Positions 39,921 to 48,597 of a DNA stretch of 64,000 nt are shown here, piece by piece. Numbering within the stretch: position 1 is the stretch's first letter; each line of letters starts with the position of its first letter. The notes under the pieces are model-generated. The model saw only the letters and a program-made list of their open reading frames with translations, made no database searches and was not told the DNA's origin. Origin of the DNA: Candidatus Nomurabacteria bacterium (lineage in GTDB: Bacteria > Patescibacteriota > Minisyncoccia > Phycocordibacterales > UBA918); assembly GCA_023898585.1 (NCBI GenBank), contig CP060229.1:75388-139387 (forward strand). Direction: 5' to 3'. A program made the translations under genes and the position numbers.

Positions 39921-40832
39921 CTATTTTGAATTCGCTGAAGCATCTATAAACGCTTTTATATCACCGCTGAAAACCGAATCCACATTCCTGACTTCTGTGT
40001 CTGTTCGATGATCCTTTACCAGTTGATAAGGATGTAGTACGTAAGAACGAATCTGATTACCCCACTCGATCTTCATGGTTTTTTCGACCGATAAGCCTTG
40101 CATTTCACGCTGTCTTTGCTCCTCTTCAAAGGCAAATATTTTTCCTGCCAAAAGTGCCATTCCTTTTTCACGATTGAGCAGTTGGGTGCGCTCCGAAGAT
40201 ATGTTTACTGAGATATTTGTTGGCTTATGCACGATACGGACCGTCGTCTCGCGCTTATTTACGTTTTGACCACCAGCTCCGCCGGAGCGAGCAAAAGAAA
40301 TCTCCAAATCGTCTTCCTTGAGTTCCGTAGCGCTTGCGTCTTCAAGCCGTGGTGAGGCCTCCACCAAAACAAAAGAGGTCTGTCGTTTGCCGTTGGAGTT
40401 AAAGGGTGAGATACGAACCAAACGATGAACACCAGATTCATTGCGCAAAGTCCCGTAGGCGCCTTTGCCTTGTATTTCAAATGTGATATTTCGGTATCCG
40501 TTATGGTCGTTGGCGTTGCTGTCTACAATTACTACATTCCAGTTTTTTTGCTCAGCAAACTTTTTGTACATCTCAACCAACATCCTCGCAAAATCCTCAG
40601 CGTCATCTCCACCAGCCCCAGCCACTATGGTAAATACCGCATCATTACGATCAAATTTGCCTTTACCTTCGGCTGTGTCCTTGAGTTCCTGTAGCTCCTT
40701 AATCATCGCTTGCGCCTTTGGTGGATCAGCCCAAAAATCCGGCTGGAGCATGGCTGTTTCGATTTCAGCGATTCTGTTTTGTACCTCTGTTTGATCTGAC
40801 ATTGTTGAGAGTATAGCAAATAAATCAGGCAT
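39921..40832 (-). CDS. prfB: peptide chain release factor 2
   Basis: SPF tripeptide ([15 protein letters not shown]), GGQ ([11 protein letters not shown]); continuous frame from ATG 40832, no +1 frameshift element seen. Confidence 0.85.
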   Translation of the reverse strand: MPDLFAILSTMSDQTEVQNRIAEIETAMLQPDFWADPPKAQAMIKELQELKDTAEGKGKFDRNDAVFTIVAGAGGDDAEDFARMLVEMYKKFAEQKNWNVVIVDSNANDHNGYRNITFEIQGKGAYGTLRNESGVHRLVRISPFNSNGKRQTSFVLVEASPRLEDASATELKEDDLEISFARSGGAGGQNVNKRETTVRIVHKPTNISVNISSERTQLLNREKGMALLAGKIFAFEEEQRQREMQGLSVEKTMKIEWGNQIRSYVLHPYQLVKDHRTDTEVRNVDSVFSGDIKAFIDASANSK

Positions 40833-40861
40833 GGTCTTACGAGATCGTGCCCTTAAAAATT

Positions 40862-41404
40862 CTACACCTCCTTCACCCAAACCACCGTTTCATCCTCGGC
40901 TTTCCAGCCCAGAAAATTAAGTACTTGCTTTAAAACTAATACTGGCCATCGGCCATCGGCCCGAGCTCGAAAACCTTGAACATAGTAAAAACCAGCATTT
41001 TTCTTATTAGGGTTGTTAGTCAACTCCAATCTAAGCGTACGATCGTCACCACCCCACTTCCTGACTGCCAACATCGACAGTTCTCGCATCAATCGCGCAC
41101 CCAGACCAAGTTTTTGTACAAAAGGCGATATGACAATGTTATTGATGTAAACATGCGGAGTCGGAAAGGTGTCCGCTAAACTAATCTGGCCAGTTCCGAC
41201 AATAATATTTCGATGTAGCAGAAAGATGGTGTGCTCTGACTCACAAAACCGTTTGGTAGAAAGCACAACTGGTCGACAAGTCGCTGTCCGGCCGTGCAGA
41301 ACAGACATTAAATACTTGTATTGTTCCTCCGCTTCAGCTTTCGGCATATGATCAAAAATCTCTTCTGAAACCACTACTTTGATGGTCTGCGGTTTAATTT
41401 CCAT
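40862..41404 (-). CDS. GNAT family N-acetyltransferase
   Basis: acetyl-CoA motif [17 protein letters not shown]; 3' end overlaps prfB upstream region. Confidence 0.6.
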   Translation of the reverse strand: MEIKPQTIKVVVSEEIFDHMPKAEAEEQYKYLMSVLHGRTATCRPVVLSTKRFCESEHTIFLLHRNIIVGTGQISLADTFPTPHVYINNIVISPFVQKLGLGARLMRELSMLAVRKWGGDDRTLRLELTNNPNKKNAGFYYVQGFRARADGRWPVLVLKQVLNFLGWKAEDETVVWVKEV

Positions 41405-41503
41405 TACTGTCTCCTGATGATCAATTGTCTGTAATCAGCAGAGCAGACAATCCTGCGACCAGCAAAACAAAAACATCTCAATGGAGACGTTTTTTGTTTT
41501 CGG

Positions 41504-41576
41504 AGCCAACACACAGAATTGAACTGTGGACCTCATCCTTACCATGGATGCGCTCTACCAACTGAGCTATGTTGGC
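41504..41576 (-). tRNA. tRNA-Thr(GGT)
   Basis: reverse complement GCCAACATAGCTCAGTTGGTAGAGCGCATCCATGGTAAGGATGAGGTCCACAGTTCAATTCTGTGTGTTGGCT; anticodon loop ATGGTAA. Confidence 0.8.
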
Positions 41577-41858
41577 AAAAATTTGCCACACGAAAGCAAA
41601 AACTTTCGTGGCGATAGCATAGCAAATCAGGCAAAAATCCGCCAGCCTTTTGGGCCACCTCCGAGGATCGGTCACAAGTTCTCAGAAAATATATTCCCTC
41701 CGGTCATTATTTTCTGGACTCGCTACCCCGCCTCACTCGCTCGTCATACTTCCTCGCATCATTCCGGCTTTCAATCATCGACAGAAGCCAAGCAGTTGGC
41801 TTCCTGAGGTGTCTCAATTGCAAAATACCCGGAGAGATGTCGGACATTTTGCAACTGA

Positions 41859-41900
41859 CCGCCTCCGAGGATCGAACTCGGGACCTACGGTTTACAAGCG
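41859..41900 (-). pseudogene. tRNA-Thr-like 3'-half fragment (anticodon loop CTTGTAA to acceptor AGGCGG)
   Basis: reverse complement CGCTTGTAAACCGTAGGTCCCGAGTTCGATCCTCGGAGGCGG matches the 3' half of the neighbouring tRNA-Thr but no D-arm/acceptor 5' strand upstream. Confidence 0.5.
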
Positions 41901-41946
41901 AATGAGTGAATAACAAAGAAGTCGATTGTGCTTCTTCTGAACCGTG

Positions 41947-42018
41947 AGCCGTCTCCGAGGATCGAACTCGGGACCTGCGGTTTACGATACCGCCGCTCTA
42001 CAGCTGAGCTAAGACGGC
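41947..42018 (-). tRNA. tRNA-Thr(CGT)
   Basis: reverse complement GCCGTCTTAGCTCAGCTGTAGAGCGGCGGTATCGTAAACCGCAGGTCCCGAGTTCGATCCTCGGAGACGGCT; perfect cloverleaf. Confidence 0.85.
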
Positions 42019-42085
42019 TCACGGGCCAGAAAATATTTAGCCCGATTTTTATGTTTGAGCGAATGAAAATTGTATGATAACTCAT

Positions 42086-42122
42086 ACGATACCGCCACTC
42101 TACCAACTGAGCTAAAGTGGCT
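42086..42122 (-). pseudogene. tRNA-Thr-like 5'-half fragment (acceptor to anticodon CGT)
   Basis: reverse complement GCCACTTTAGCTCAGTTGGTAGAGTGGCGGTATCGTA then unrelated hairpin TGAGTTATCATAC; no 3' half adjacent. Confidence 0.45.
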
Positions 42123-42169
42123 TATTTCTCTATCCAAGCAATGAGCATACCATGAACATTAATCGAACT

Positions 42170-42631
42170 CTAACTCGACAGTTCTCCCCTAGTCTTAGCC
42201 CTCTTACTTACTCGTCTCTCCTTTCTCCCTCTGCCTTTATTCAAAGCCGCATACGTGGGTGAAAGCGAATCACAATTTGGGCAAATAAGTCTCAGATTGT
42301 TTTCTTTGTTGTTTTTGTAATCTCCATCAACATGATCAGCTACGAGTGGAATAAGTCCTGACTTCGGATTTACTTTGGACCAACCACACAAACAACATTT
42401 ATTGTCATATTTTTCTCTGAGGTACTTTTTTATATGTTTAGAAACAACACCGATATTTCTTATACCACTTACCTTCCCTTCCTTCCAATCTTTAATGAAC
42501 TGTCTGTGCTGATATTTTTGCTGACACACATTGCTACAATACTTGTAATCAGCATAAGCTGTCTCTTTTCCACATGATAAACAATTTGGTCTTGGCTTTT
42601 TGTAATTTGGCACCATCCAGTATTCTAACAC
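42170..42631 (-). CDS. HNH endonuclease
   Basis: Cys4 zinc knuckles plus HNH core CCLCGW...LVADHVDGDYKNNKENNLRLICPNCD. Confidence 0.7.
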   Translation of the reverse strand: MLEYWMVPNYKKPRPNCLSCGKETAYADYKYCSNVCQQKYQHRQFIKDWKEGKVSGIRNIGVVSKHIKKYLREKYDNKCCLCGWSKVNPKSGLIPLVADHVDGDYKNNKENNLRLICPNCDSLSPTYAALNKGRGRKERRVSKRAKTRGELSS

Positions 42632-42702
42632 GAACCTCAGACCAAAGAAAAGTCGCTACTAAGGTATAAAAAGGCGATAGGCTTAACGCCTACAGACCAA
42701 AC

Positions 42703-43086
42703 TCACCTTGTCTTTCCTCTTATCTTTTCTTCCTTCTCTATCCATTCCTCATCCCAACCGAAATGGTGAGCGACCTCGTGCCAAATCGTGTTTTCTATAC
42801 ATTCCACAATATCCTGAGGTTCTGAACAAGTGTCCAAAATGGCATTTTTAAAAATGGTGATTTTGTCCGGTAGCCTAAACTTGTCCTCCAGACCACGTTC
42901 CGACAGCGGCACGCCTTCATAAAGCCCAAACAAAACCCCTTCCTCGTCCAAGTCTGTTTCTTCCAACTGTTCCGAGGTCGGCTTATCTGCCAACACGATA
43001 GCCACATTTTTAATGCGCCTCAACACTTCCTCTCCCAACGCTTCAACTCCATTATCAACCAATTTTAAAAATTCCTGATCTGTCAT
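42703..43086 (-). CDS. minimal MMP-like zinc metallopeptidase family protein (COG3824-like)
   Basis: 127 aa with HEVAHHFGWDE (HExxH) near C-terminus. Confidence 0.55.
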   Translation of the reverse strand: MTDQEFLKLVDNGVEALGEEVLRRIKNVAIVLADKPTSEQLEETDLDEEGVLFGLYEGVPLSERGLEDKFRLPDKITIFKNAILDTCSEPQDIVECIENTIWHEVAHHFGWDEEWIEKEEKIRGKTR

Positions 43087-43094
43087 ACTTAACT

Positions 43095-43652
43095 CTATTT
43101 CCGTACTTTATCAATAATTAAGCGGATTATAAGCTCCCCGATTATGTATAAAGCGTAAGTTGGCTTACCGGATGCTAGCAAAGATACCGAGATGACATCA
43201 ACCAGTTTGGTGGCATCAAGACCGGTTTTAGCCAAATCCCAATCCCGAAGCATCAGGCGACCAATTCTATCAGATTCGGGATCCGGTCCGACATAAGACG
43301 CAACCGCTTTCAATTCTCCCCCATCCAACCAAAATCCTTTACAAAGTTGACATTGATCAACCCCGATTTTACTACCGGCTAAATAGTGCTTTTGCATTTG
43401 CGAACCATCTTTAGTGCAAGTAAGTTTATCTTCGATCCAAAAATTTTCCGGTGGAGTACCTGAGTTTTCCAAAGTCTTCCACTCTGCCAGTAATTCATCC
43501 GCCGATGAATATTTAGGAAAAGAAAAGTGTCGGATCAAATTCCGCACTTCTTGTTGTTCCAGCCACACACCCTGGCACTTCGGACAGGTATCAACCTCAA
43601 CGTCATCGAGATGTCTGACGTTGCAAACTACGTTGTCCTTGGGGCATAGCAT
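43095..43652 (-). CDS. zinc-ribbon (zf-TFIIB-like) domain protein with C-terminal hydrophobic tail
   Basis: two CPxC...C..C ribbons (CPKCQGVWLEQQE; CQLCKGFWLDGGEL). Confidence 0.45.
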   Translation of the reverse strand: MLCPKDNVVCNVRHLDDVEVDTCPKCQGVWLEQQEVRNLIRHFSFPKYSSADELLAEWKTLENSGTPPENFWIEDKLTCTKDGSQMQKHYLAGSKIGVDQCQLCKGFWLDGGELKAVASYVGPDPESDRIGRLMLRDWDLAKTGLDATKLVDVISVSLLASGKPTYALYIIGELIIRLIIDKVRK

Positions 43653-43832
43653 AGATAATGAAGTATAGCATCCACTGCACTTTGTTATCTAACAAAAATA
43701 GTTTTGGGTACTACTAGCGCGCTCACAGCTGACCCTGGAACTAAAATCGCATCCAAGGAATTATACCTTTGAAAGGTACCCCTTTCTTAAGACAACTTTT
43801 GCAAGTATTATCACTTAAACAATACAAGCAAT

Positions 43833-44108
43833 ATGTCCAAGAAAGGATACAAGATCTCAGCTGAGATAAAAGCCGAAGTTATCAATAAAATCAAACACGA
43901 AGGCTTGAGTGTTAGTGATACTGCCAACCAATACGGCATCAGTAGTCGAACCATTTATGATTGGCTAGGTACAAAGGCCACGGGTACGGTCAGTCTCCTT
44001 GAACACAACAAACTCAAGAAGGAAAACGAACAACTCAAACAAATCATCGGTGACCTCACCATAAAAATGTCCATTGAGGCTAAAAAGGGGCTCTCCAAGG
44101 GATGGTGA
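43833..44108 (+). CDS. IS3-family transposase OrfA (HTH + leucine zipper)
   Basis: HTH (LSVSDTANQYGISSRTIYDWL) and heptad Leu repeats. Confidence 0.75.
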   Translation: MSKKGYKISAEIKAEVINKIKHEGLSVSDTANQYGISSRTIYDWLGTKATGTVSLLEHNKLKKENEQLKQIIGDLTIKMSIEAKKGLSKGW

Positions 44109-44878
44109 TCGGTTATTCACGTACGCATCACTATTATCACCATAAACAACCTCAAAAGGATTGGCACACCAAGCAACTGATTGAGGCTGTGTTACGTGAG
44201 CACCCAGGCTATGGCCACAAGCGCTTGGCCACACACCTCAAGATCAACAAGAAACGAGTGCTGAGAGTTATGAAGTTGTTTGGTATTAAACCATACCGGA
44301 GAACTACTCCTAAAGTGTTTAAAAAGCCTAAAGGTAGTGTGTTTCCCAACTATTTAATGAGTGAGGAACCACGAGGGCCAGGTGATATATATGCCTCAGA
44401 CTTCACCTATCTTAAATATCGAGGAAAGTGGTTGTATGTGGCTACAGTACTCGATACGTACACTAGAGAGATAGTTGGTGTATCGATATTGACAACACAT
44501 CAGACACAGCTCGTCATTAACGCTTTGGCTTCAGCAGTGCTCCATCGAGCTCCTCCACGGATTATTCATTCCGATCAAGGGAGTGAGTACTGCTCAAAAG
44601 ACTACACTGCCTTAACCCAAAAGCTTGGTATCAAACAGTCCATGAGTGCCCCCGGTTGTCCCTGGGAGAATGGTTACCAAGAGAGTTTCTATAAAGGGTT
44701 CAAATTGGACTTAGGTGACCCAAACCGGTTTGATACTCTCGGTGAGTTAGTGGCTACTATTTATCAGACGATTAATTATTACAATCAAAAACGCATCCAC
44801 TCCGTCTTAAAAGTACCACCTCGGTTGTTTAGAGACCAACATGAGGTATTATTAAAAGACTTGCAAAAGGTGTCTTAA
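44102..44878 (+). CDS. IS3-family transposase OrfB (DDE integrase core, rve)
   Basis: IIHSDQGSEYCSKDY ... CPWENGYQESFYKGFK (DDE with conserved E region). Confidence 0.8.
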   Translation: MVIGYSRTHHYYHHKQPQKDWHTKQLIEAVLREHPGYGHKRLATHLKINKKRVLRVMKLFGIKPYRRTTPKVFKKPKGSVFPNYLMSEEPRGPGDIYASDFTYLKYRGKWLYVATVLDTYTREIVGVSILTTHQTQLVINALASAVLHRAPPRIIHSDQGSEYCSKDYTALTQKLGIKQSMSAPGCPWENGYQESFYKGFKLDLGDPNRFDTLGELVATIYQTINYYNQKRIHSVLKVPPRLFRDQHEVLLKDLQKVS

Positions 44879-45035
44879 TTTTGGGGTATCTTCCACACTC
44901 TCGCGGATATTTTGTTCGTTCTGCGAACTCCAAAATATCTCGCTCCATCGACCCCCACTCGGCGGCTCGCCTCCTTCGCTTCGCTACGGAGTCGGCTTCG
45001 CGCCGCCTCGGTTCAAGTCCCGTTTGGCGGAAAAT

Positions 45036-45077
45036 AGTAAGACCCCGGCCTATCCAGGCCAGGGTCTAACTATTTTT
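45036..45077 (-). terminator. rho-independent terminator after tRNA-Asp
   Basis: RNA hairpin UAGACCCUGGCC-UGGAUA-GGCCGGGGUCUUA followed by CUAUUUUCC. Confidence 0.55.
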
Positions 45078-45078
45078 G

Positions 45079-45400
45079 CGCGCCAGACGGGACTTGAACC
45101 CGCAACCTCCCGCGTGCACTGTATCCAAACTTTCGCTGTGGTGTGGACTATATCTTTACCGTGCCAAGTGTCACATTATGACGCTTGATTTAGGTACCCC
45201 GGTATCTAGTCTCTACGGAGCCCTATAACCATGTGTTTTTGCGTTATAGGTTCCCTCGGTATTCGCATATCTTCACCTTGTTTTTAAACAAAGTCTCAAA
45301 CTTAGCCTTCACCGATATCCCGGAATTTTTCAGTTCGCCTTTCGAACGAAAAGCTGCACGTCTACAGGCGGGTGCTCTAACCAAATTGAGCTACCAGCGC
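45079..45400 (-). tRNA. tRNA-Asp(GTC) interrupted by a group I intron in the anticodon loop
   Basis: exon 1 45400..45364 GCGCTGGTAGCTCAATTTGGTTAGAGCACCCGCCTGT; exon 2 45116..45079 CACGCGGGAGGTTGCGGGTTCAAGTCCCGTCTGGCGCG; spliced loop CUGUCAC, G73 discriminator. Confidence 0.7.
45117..45363 (-). other. group I intron (247 nt) within tRNA-Asp
   Basis: P1 with U:G at 5' splice site (exon CUGU pairs intron GCAG), S element AAGAUAUAGUCC, R-like GUAGAGACUAGA, terminal omega-G (…ACAGUG|CAC). Confidence 0.7.
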
Positions 45401-45401
45401 A

Positions 45402-46067
45402 TTAACGCTCGCGCGTTTTTATGAAATTGTCGAAACGAACCTTCTTTCTTTTCAGATGAAGCTTCGAGCACCTATTATACATAGTATTCGCCAATTGCAA
45501 AGCTCCGATGGTACTGAACTGCAAACGTGAGAAGTTTCCTTTACCTGAAGTGAACACACACCCACCTCTGACGCCAGCCTCGTTGAGTAACTTTTTCAAG
45601 TCAACTAAGAAAGACTGACACCCACTAGTAAAGGTAACTTGTAACACTGGGGTAGGACAGGGTCGCTTCTTGTTAACGTAACCAATCCACACATTACCAT
45701 CACCATCAAAATATCCTCGAACAAAATCGCCAAGAAATTGTTTAGGAATATCTGGTAAGGATAAACGTTTAGACTTTCCGGGACAAAAACCAAGCTGTAG
45801 CAAATCATAATAAATTTCTTTACTGCCAATTTGTAAACGGTAGACTGAACCTGAATCAGAAACACGCTTAGACACAACATGGTTGGAACACATTATCTTA
45901 CGAATGGATAAAATTATGTCTCTGTCAGCGGAATGAAGAGCCAAAAAATGCGTATTCCGTTTAGTCTGCACCATATTGCCGTCAGCAGCGAAGAAACCTA
46001 GTACATAGGCCATATCCGCAGACCAACGTTTGAAAAAGTCTGTATTTACCATTCGCTGAATTGGCAT
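45402..46067 (-). CDS. LAGLIDADG homing endonuclease (double-motif, free-standing)
   Basis: two LAGLIDADG motifs: YVLGFFAADGNM and FVRGYFDGDGNV; stop codon 1 nt before tRNA-Asp 5' end. Confidence 0.8.
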   Translation of the reverse strand: MPIQRMVNTDFFKRWSADMAYVLGFFAADGNMVQTKRNTHFLALHSADRDIILSIRKIMCSNHVVSKRVSDSGSVYRLQIGSKEIYYDLLQLGFCPGKSKRLSLPDIPKQFLGDFVRGYFDGDGNVWIGYVNKKRPCPTPVLQVTFTSGCQSFLVDLKKLLNEAGVRGGCVFTSGKGNFSRLQFSTIGALQLANTMYNRCSKLHLKRKKVRFDNFIKTRER

Positions 46068-46190
46068 ACTTAAATAATACCATATGACAGGATATTATAC
46101 TAACCATTTTTAGAGAATAAAGAAGAATCAATAAAATTAAACGATTTGATTGCTCTGTAAGGCTGTTTATAAGTAGCTAGCCACTTAAAA

Positions 46191-46409
46191 TTATATAGCC
46201 ACCAGCAATAGAGTAGTGACGACTAAGCTGTGCACCAAAAGCGCTTTATTAATTACCGCGGTAAGATCTGATTTTAGCTCGCGTAAGTCTTGCTTGGAAG
46301 CTAATTCAATTTCAACCCCAGTCATGTCTCTATCGATAGTAAAAGTATTCATGTATCGTAGTATGACATCTTCAAAAGGATTTTTATAAACTAGACAATC
46401 TGTACTCAT
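46191..46409 (-). CDS. hypothetical small membrane protein
   Basis: 72-aa ORF with C-terminal TM. Confidence 0.25.
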   Translation of the reverse strand: MSTDCLVYKNPFEDVILRYMNTFTIDRDMTGVEIELASKQDLRELKSDLTAVINKALLVHSLVVTTLLLVAI

Positions 46410-46606
46410 CTCTGCTTCTGCAAAAACCGATACACCATCAACGGTGCCCAGATCAGGAAACTAGCAAACCCGATAATAAAGAAAGTTGGGATAAATTTAG
46501 AAAGCGTTGTTTCTTGAAACGACTCTACCCAAAGACACATCAAAGTAATACTTGCGCACAGTAGCATAGCCACCCAAAACGTTCTCAAAGCAATTTTTTC
46601 AGTCAT
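46406..46606 (-). CDS. hypothetical small membrane protein
   Basis: 66-aa ORF, two predicted TM helices, overlapping stop/start with the downstream ORF. Confidence 0.25.
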   Translation of the reverse strand: MTEKIALRTFWVAMLLCASITLMCLWVESFQETTLSKFIPTFFIIGFASFLIWAPLMVYRFLQKQR

Positions 46607-46667
46607 TACTTACTGTAACCAAGATTAACCTGTAAAAGTTGTTTTCGAGATCATAAGTGTAAAATTG

Positions 46668-46741
46668 TGTCGACGGGAGGGAACGATCCTCCGACCTTAG
46701 CTTTATGAGTGCTACGCTCTAACCAACTGAGCTACGTCGAC
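46668..46741 (-). tRNA. tRNA-Met(CAT) (elongator Met or Ile2-lysidine type)
   Basis: reverse complement GTCGACGTAGCTCAGTTGGTTAGAGCGTAGCACTCATAAAGCTAAGGTCGGAGGATCGTTCCCTCCCGTCGACA. Confidence 0.75.
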
Positions 46742-46875
46742 AAGACTAAGAATAGAATAACAAAGCTTGCTTGGATATTCTGGTTACAAACACAGTCGGC
46801 ACAAGTTTTACTCATACCGACAAATATTTTCACCTTCTTCTATGTATCACAGGTTACTATATTTATAATATCAAA

Positions 46876-47568
46876 TCAATTACTTAAGTTCTTCGGGCTT
46901 AACACACTCTCTGCCATAGATATATGCTCCGGATAACCAATCGGTAGCCATAAATCCTGTTCGATAATTTTTACCGGGTGATCTTGAGCGTAGGCGGTCA
47001 GCATATCAGTCACATACAGTTCACCCGATGGAGAGACCGGGGGTTCATAATCCAAGATTGATTTATCGACCACAAAGCCACCAATATTTACCAAGTTTGA
47101 AGTTGGGTTTTCTGGCTTTTCAATAATTTCCTTTAACGTACCATCTTTATTCTGAATCAGTACTCCATATAATTCAGGAGTCTTTGATACCCTGCCGAGC
47201 ATAGCATGATCTTCCTTCACCACTTTTTCCAGTGCTTTACGACCATGAATATCATCGGAGTACATAAACAAAAACTTACCGGAAATAACCTCTTTGGCTT
47301 TGAGTAGTGCATCTCCGGTCCCGCCAGCGAAGTTTGGCTGATGCGAGTATCTAACTGTTCTCCCCATAAATTCTTCACCACAATAAGCTTTGATTTGCTC
47401 TTCCAAATAGCCGGTAACAATCACCAGTTCATCAATCTCATCAGGCAGGGCTTCGACAATGTAGTCAAGAATAGACTTGCCACATACCTTTATAAGCGGT
47501 TTCGGGGTATTTTCAGTTAAAGGCCGAAGTCTCTTACCTTCCCCGGCCGCCAAGATTACGCATTGCAT
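46876..47568 (-). CDS. sugar-phosphate nucleotidyltransferase (NTP_transferase family)
   Basis: MQCVILAAGEGKRLRPLT N-terminal pyrophosphorylase motif. Confidence 0.7.
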   Translation of the reverse strand: MQCVILAAGEGKRLRPLTENTPKPLIKVCGKSILDYIVEALPDEIDELVIVTGYLEEQIKAYCGEEFMGRTVRYSHQPNFAGGTGDALLKAKEVISGKFLFMYSDDIHGRKALEKVVKEDHAMLGRVSKTPELYGVLIQNKDGTLKEIIEKPENPTSNLVNIGGFVVDKSILDYEPPVSPSGELYVTDMLTAYAQDHPVKIIEQDLWLPIGYPEHISMAESVLSPKNLSN

Positions 47569-47648
47569 AGCTTATGTTTATACCACATTCGAGCACAAAA
47601 GGTTGTTTGTGGACACAGAATACGCAGGCTGGATATCCAGGCGTCACC

Positions 47649-48518
47649 CTAGCCTTCTCCTTTTTCATCAGTATCACAACACTCCTTTATCACAGCCTTG
47701 AGTTCAGGGCAATCGACAGCGTACGCTAATATTGCTCGCAAATAACTTTCCGGATCACCGGTTGTAATCCACTTTCCACCTTCAACCTCCTTCGCTAAAA
47801 ACCGTCCTCCTTCTTGAATATAGTTTCTGATCGCGTCAGTAATCCATAATTCGTCCCCTTTCCCGCGTGCGGTGCGCGCCAAAATGTCGACAATCTCTCG
47901 ATTGAGAACATATCTCCCGAAAGCGGCGTGCCTCGACGGAGCTTCTTTCTTGTCCGGTTTTTCTATAATGTCTTCAAGTTCATTGCTGTCCGCACGATAT
48001 TTGACGATTCCATATTTTTCCACTTCATCTTCCGAGACTTCTTGCACGCCCAATATCGGCGCTTGCTCTTTCTTGTGCAGGTCAATTAACTGTTTCGCGA
48101 AAGGCACTTTGCTTTTTACCAAATCGTCACCAAAGGCATAAATGAAAGGATCGTCCCCTATCACACTGGCGGCCGACAAAAGTGGTGTGCCGTTGCCGTA
48201 AGGACCTTTTTGTCGCACGTAGATAAAGTTTGCCATGGTCGATATTTTTCGCACCTGTTCAAGGCGCTTGTTTTTTCCGGTTTTTTCCAAGCTTCGCTCC
48301 AATTCGAAAGACCGATCGAAGTGATCTTCGAGTGGCTTTTTGTCCCACCGTGTTACCATGATGATGTCCTTGATTCCGGCATCAACCAATTCTTCTACTA
48401 AATACTGAATGATCGGCTTATCAATAATCGGCAACATTTCTTTCGGTTGCGATTTGGTGGCCGGCAACAATCTGGTTCCCGAGCCAGCTACCGCAATTAC
48501 CGCTTTTGTTATTTCCAT
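47649..48518 (-). CDS. galU: UTP--glucose-1-phosphate uridylyltransferase
   Basis: AVIAVAGSGTRLLPATKSQPKEMLPIIDKP; start at MEITKAV (48518); the ORF's upstream extension runs through a tRNA and tandem repeats and is not coding. Confidence 0.8.
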   Translation of the reverse strand: MEITKAVIAVAGSGTRLLPATKSQPKEMLPIIDKPIIQYLVEELVDAGIKDIIMVTRWDKKPLEDHFDRSFELERSLEKTGKNKRLEQVRKISTMANFIYVRQKGPYGNGTPLLSAASVIGDDPFIYAFGDDLVKSKVPFAKQLIDLHKKEQAPILGVQEVSEDEVEKYGIVKYRADSNELEDIIEKPDKKEAPSRHAAFGRYVLNREIVDILARTARGKGDELWITDAIRNYIQEGGRFLAKEVEGGKWITTGDPESYLRAILAYAVDCPELKAVIKECCDTDEKGEG

Positions 48519-48597
48519 ATATCGAGAGATTATAACACTATAGCCGGCTTGGGAAAATGAAAAAGGCTGGCAAGGAAGCCAGTCTTTTTCATTCTTG

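Larger units (their letters stand above)
43776..44897 (+). mobile_element. IS3-family insertion sequence (boundaries approximate)
   Basis: orfA/orfB arrangement with slippery A-AAA-AGG at the overlap; candidate terminal IRs TGAAAGGTACCCC (43776) / GGGGTATCTTCCA (44885). Confidence 0.55.
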
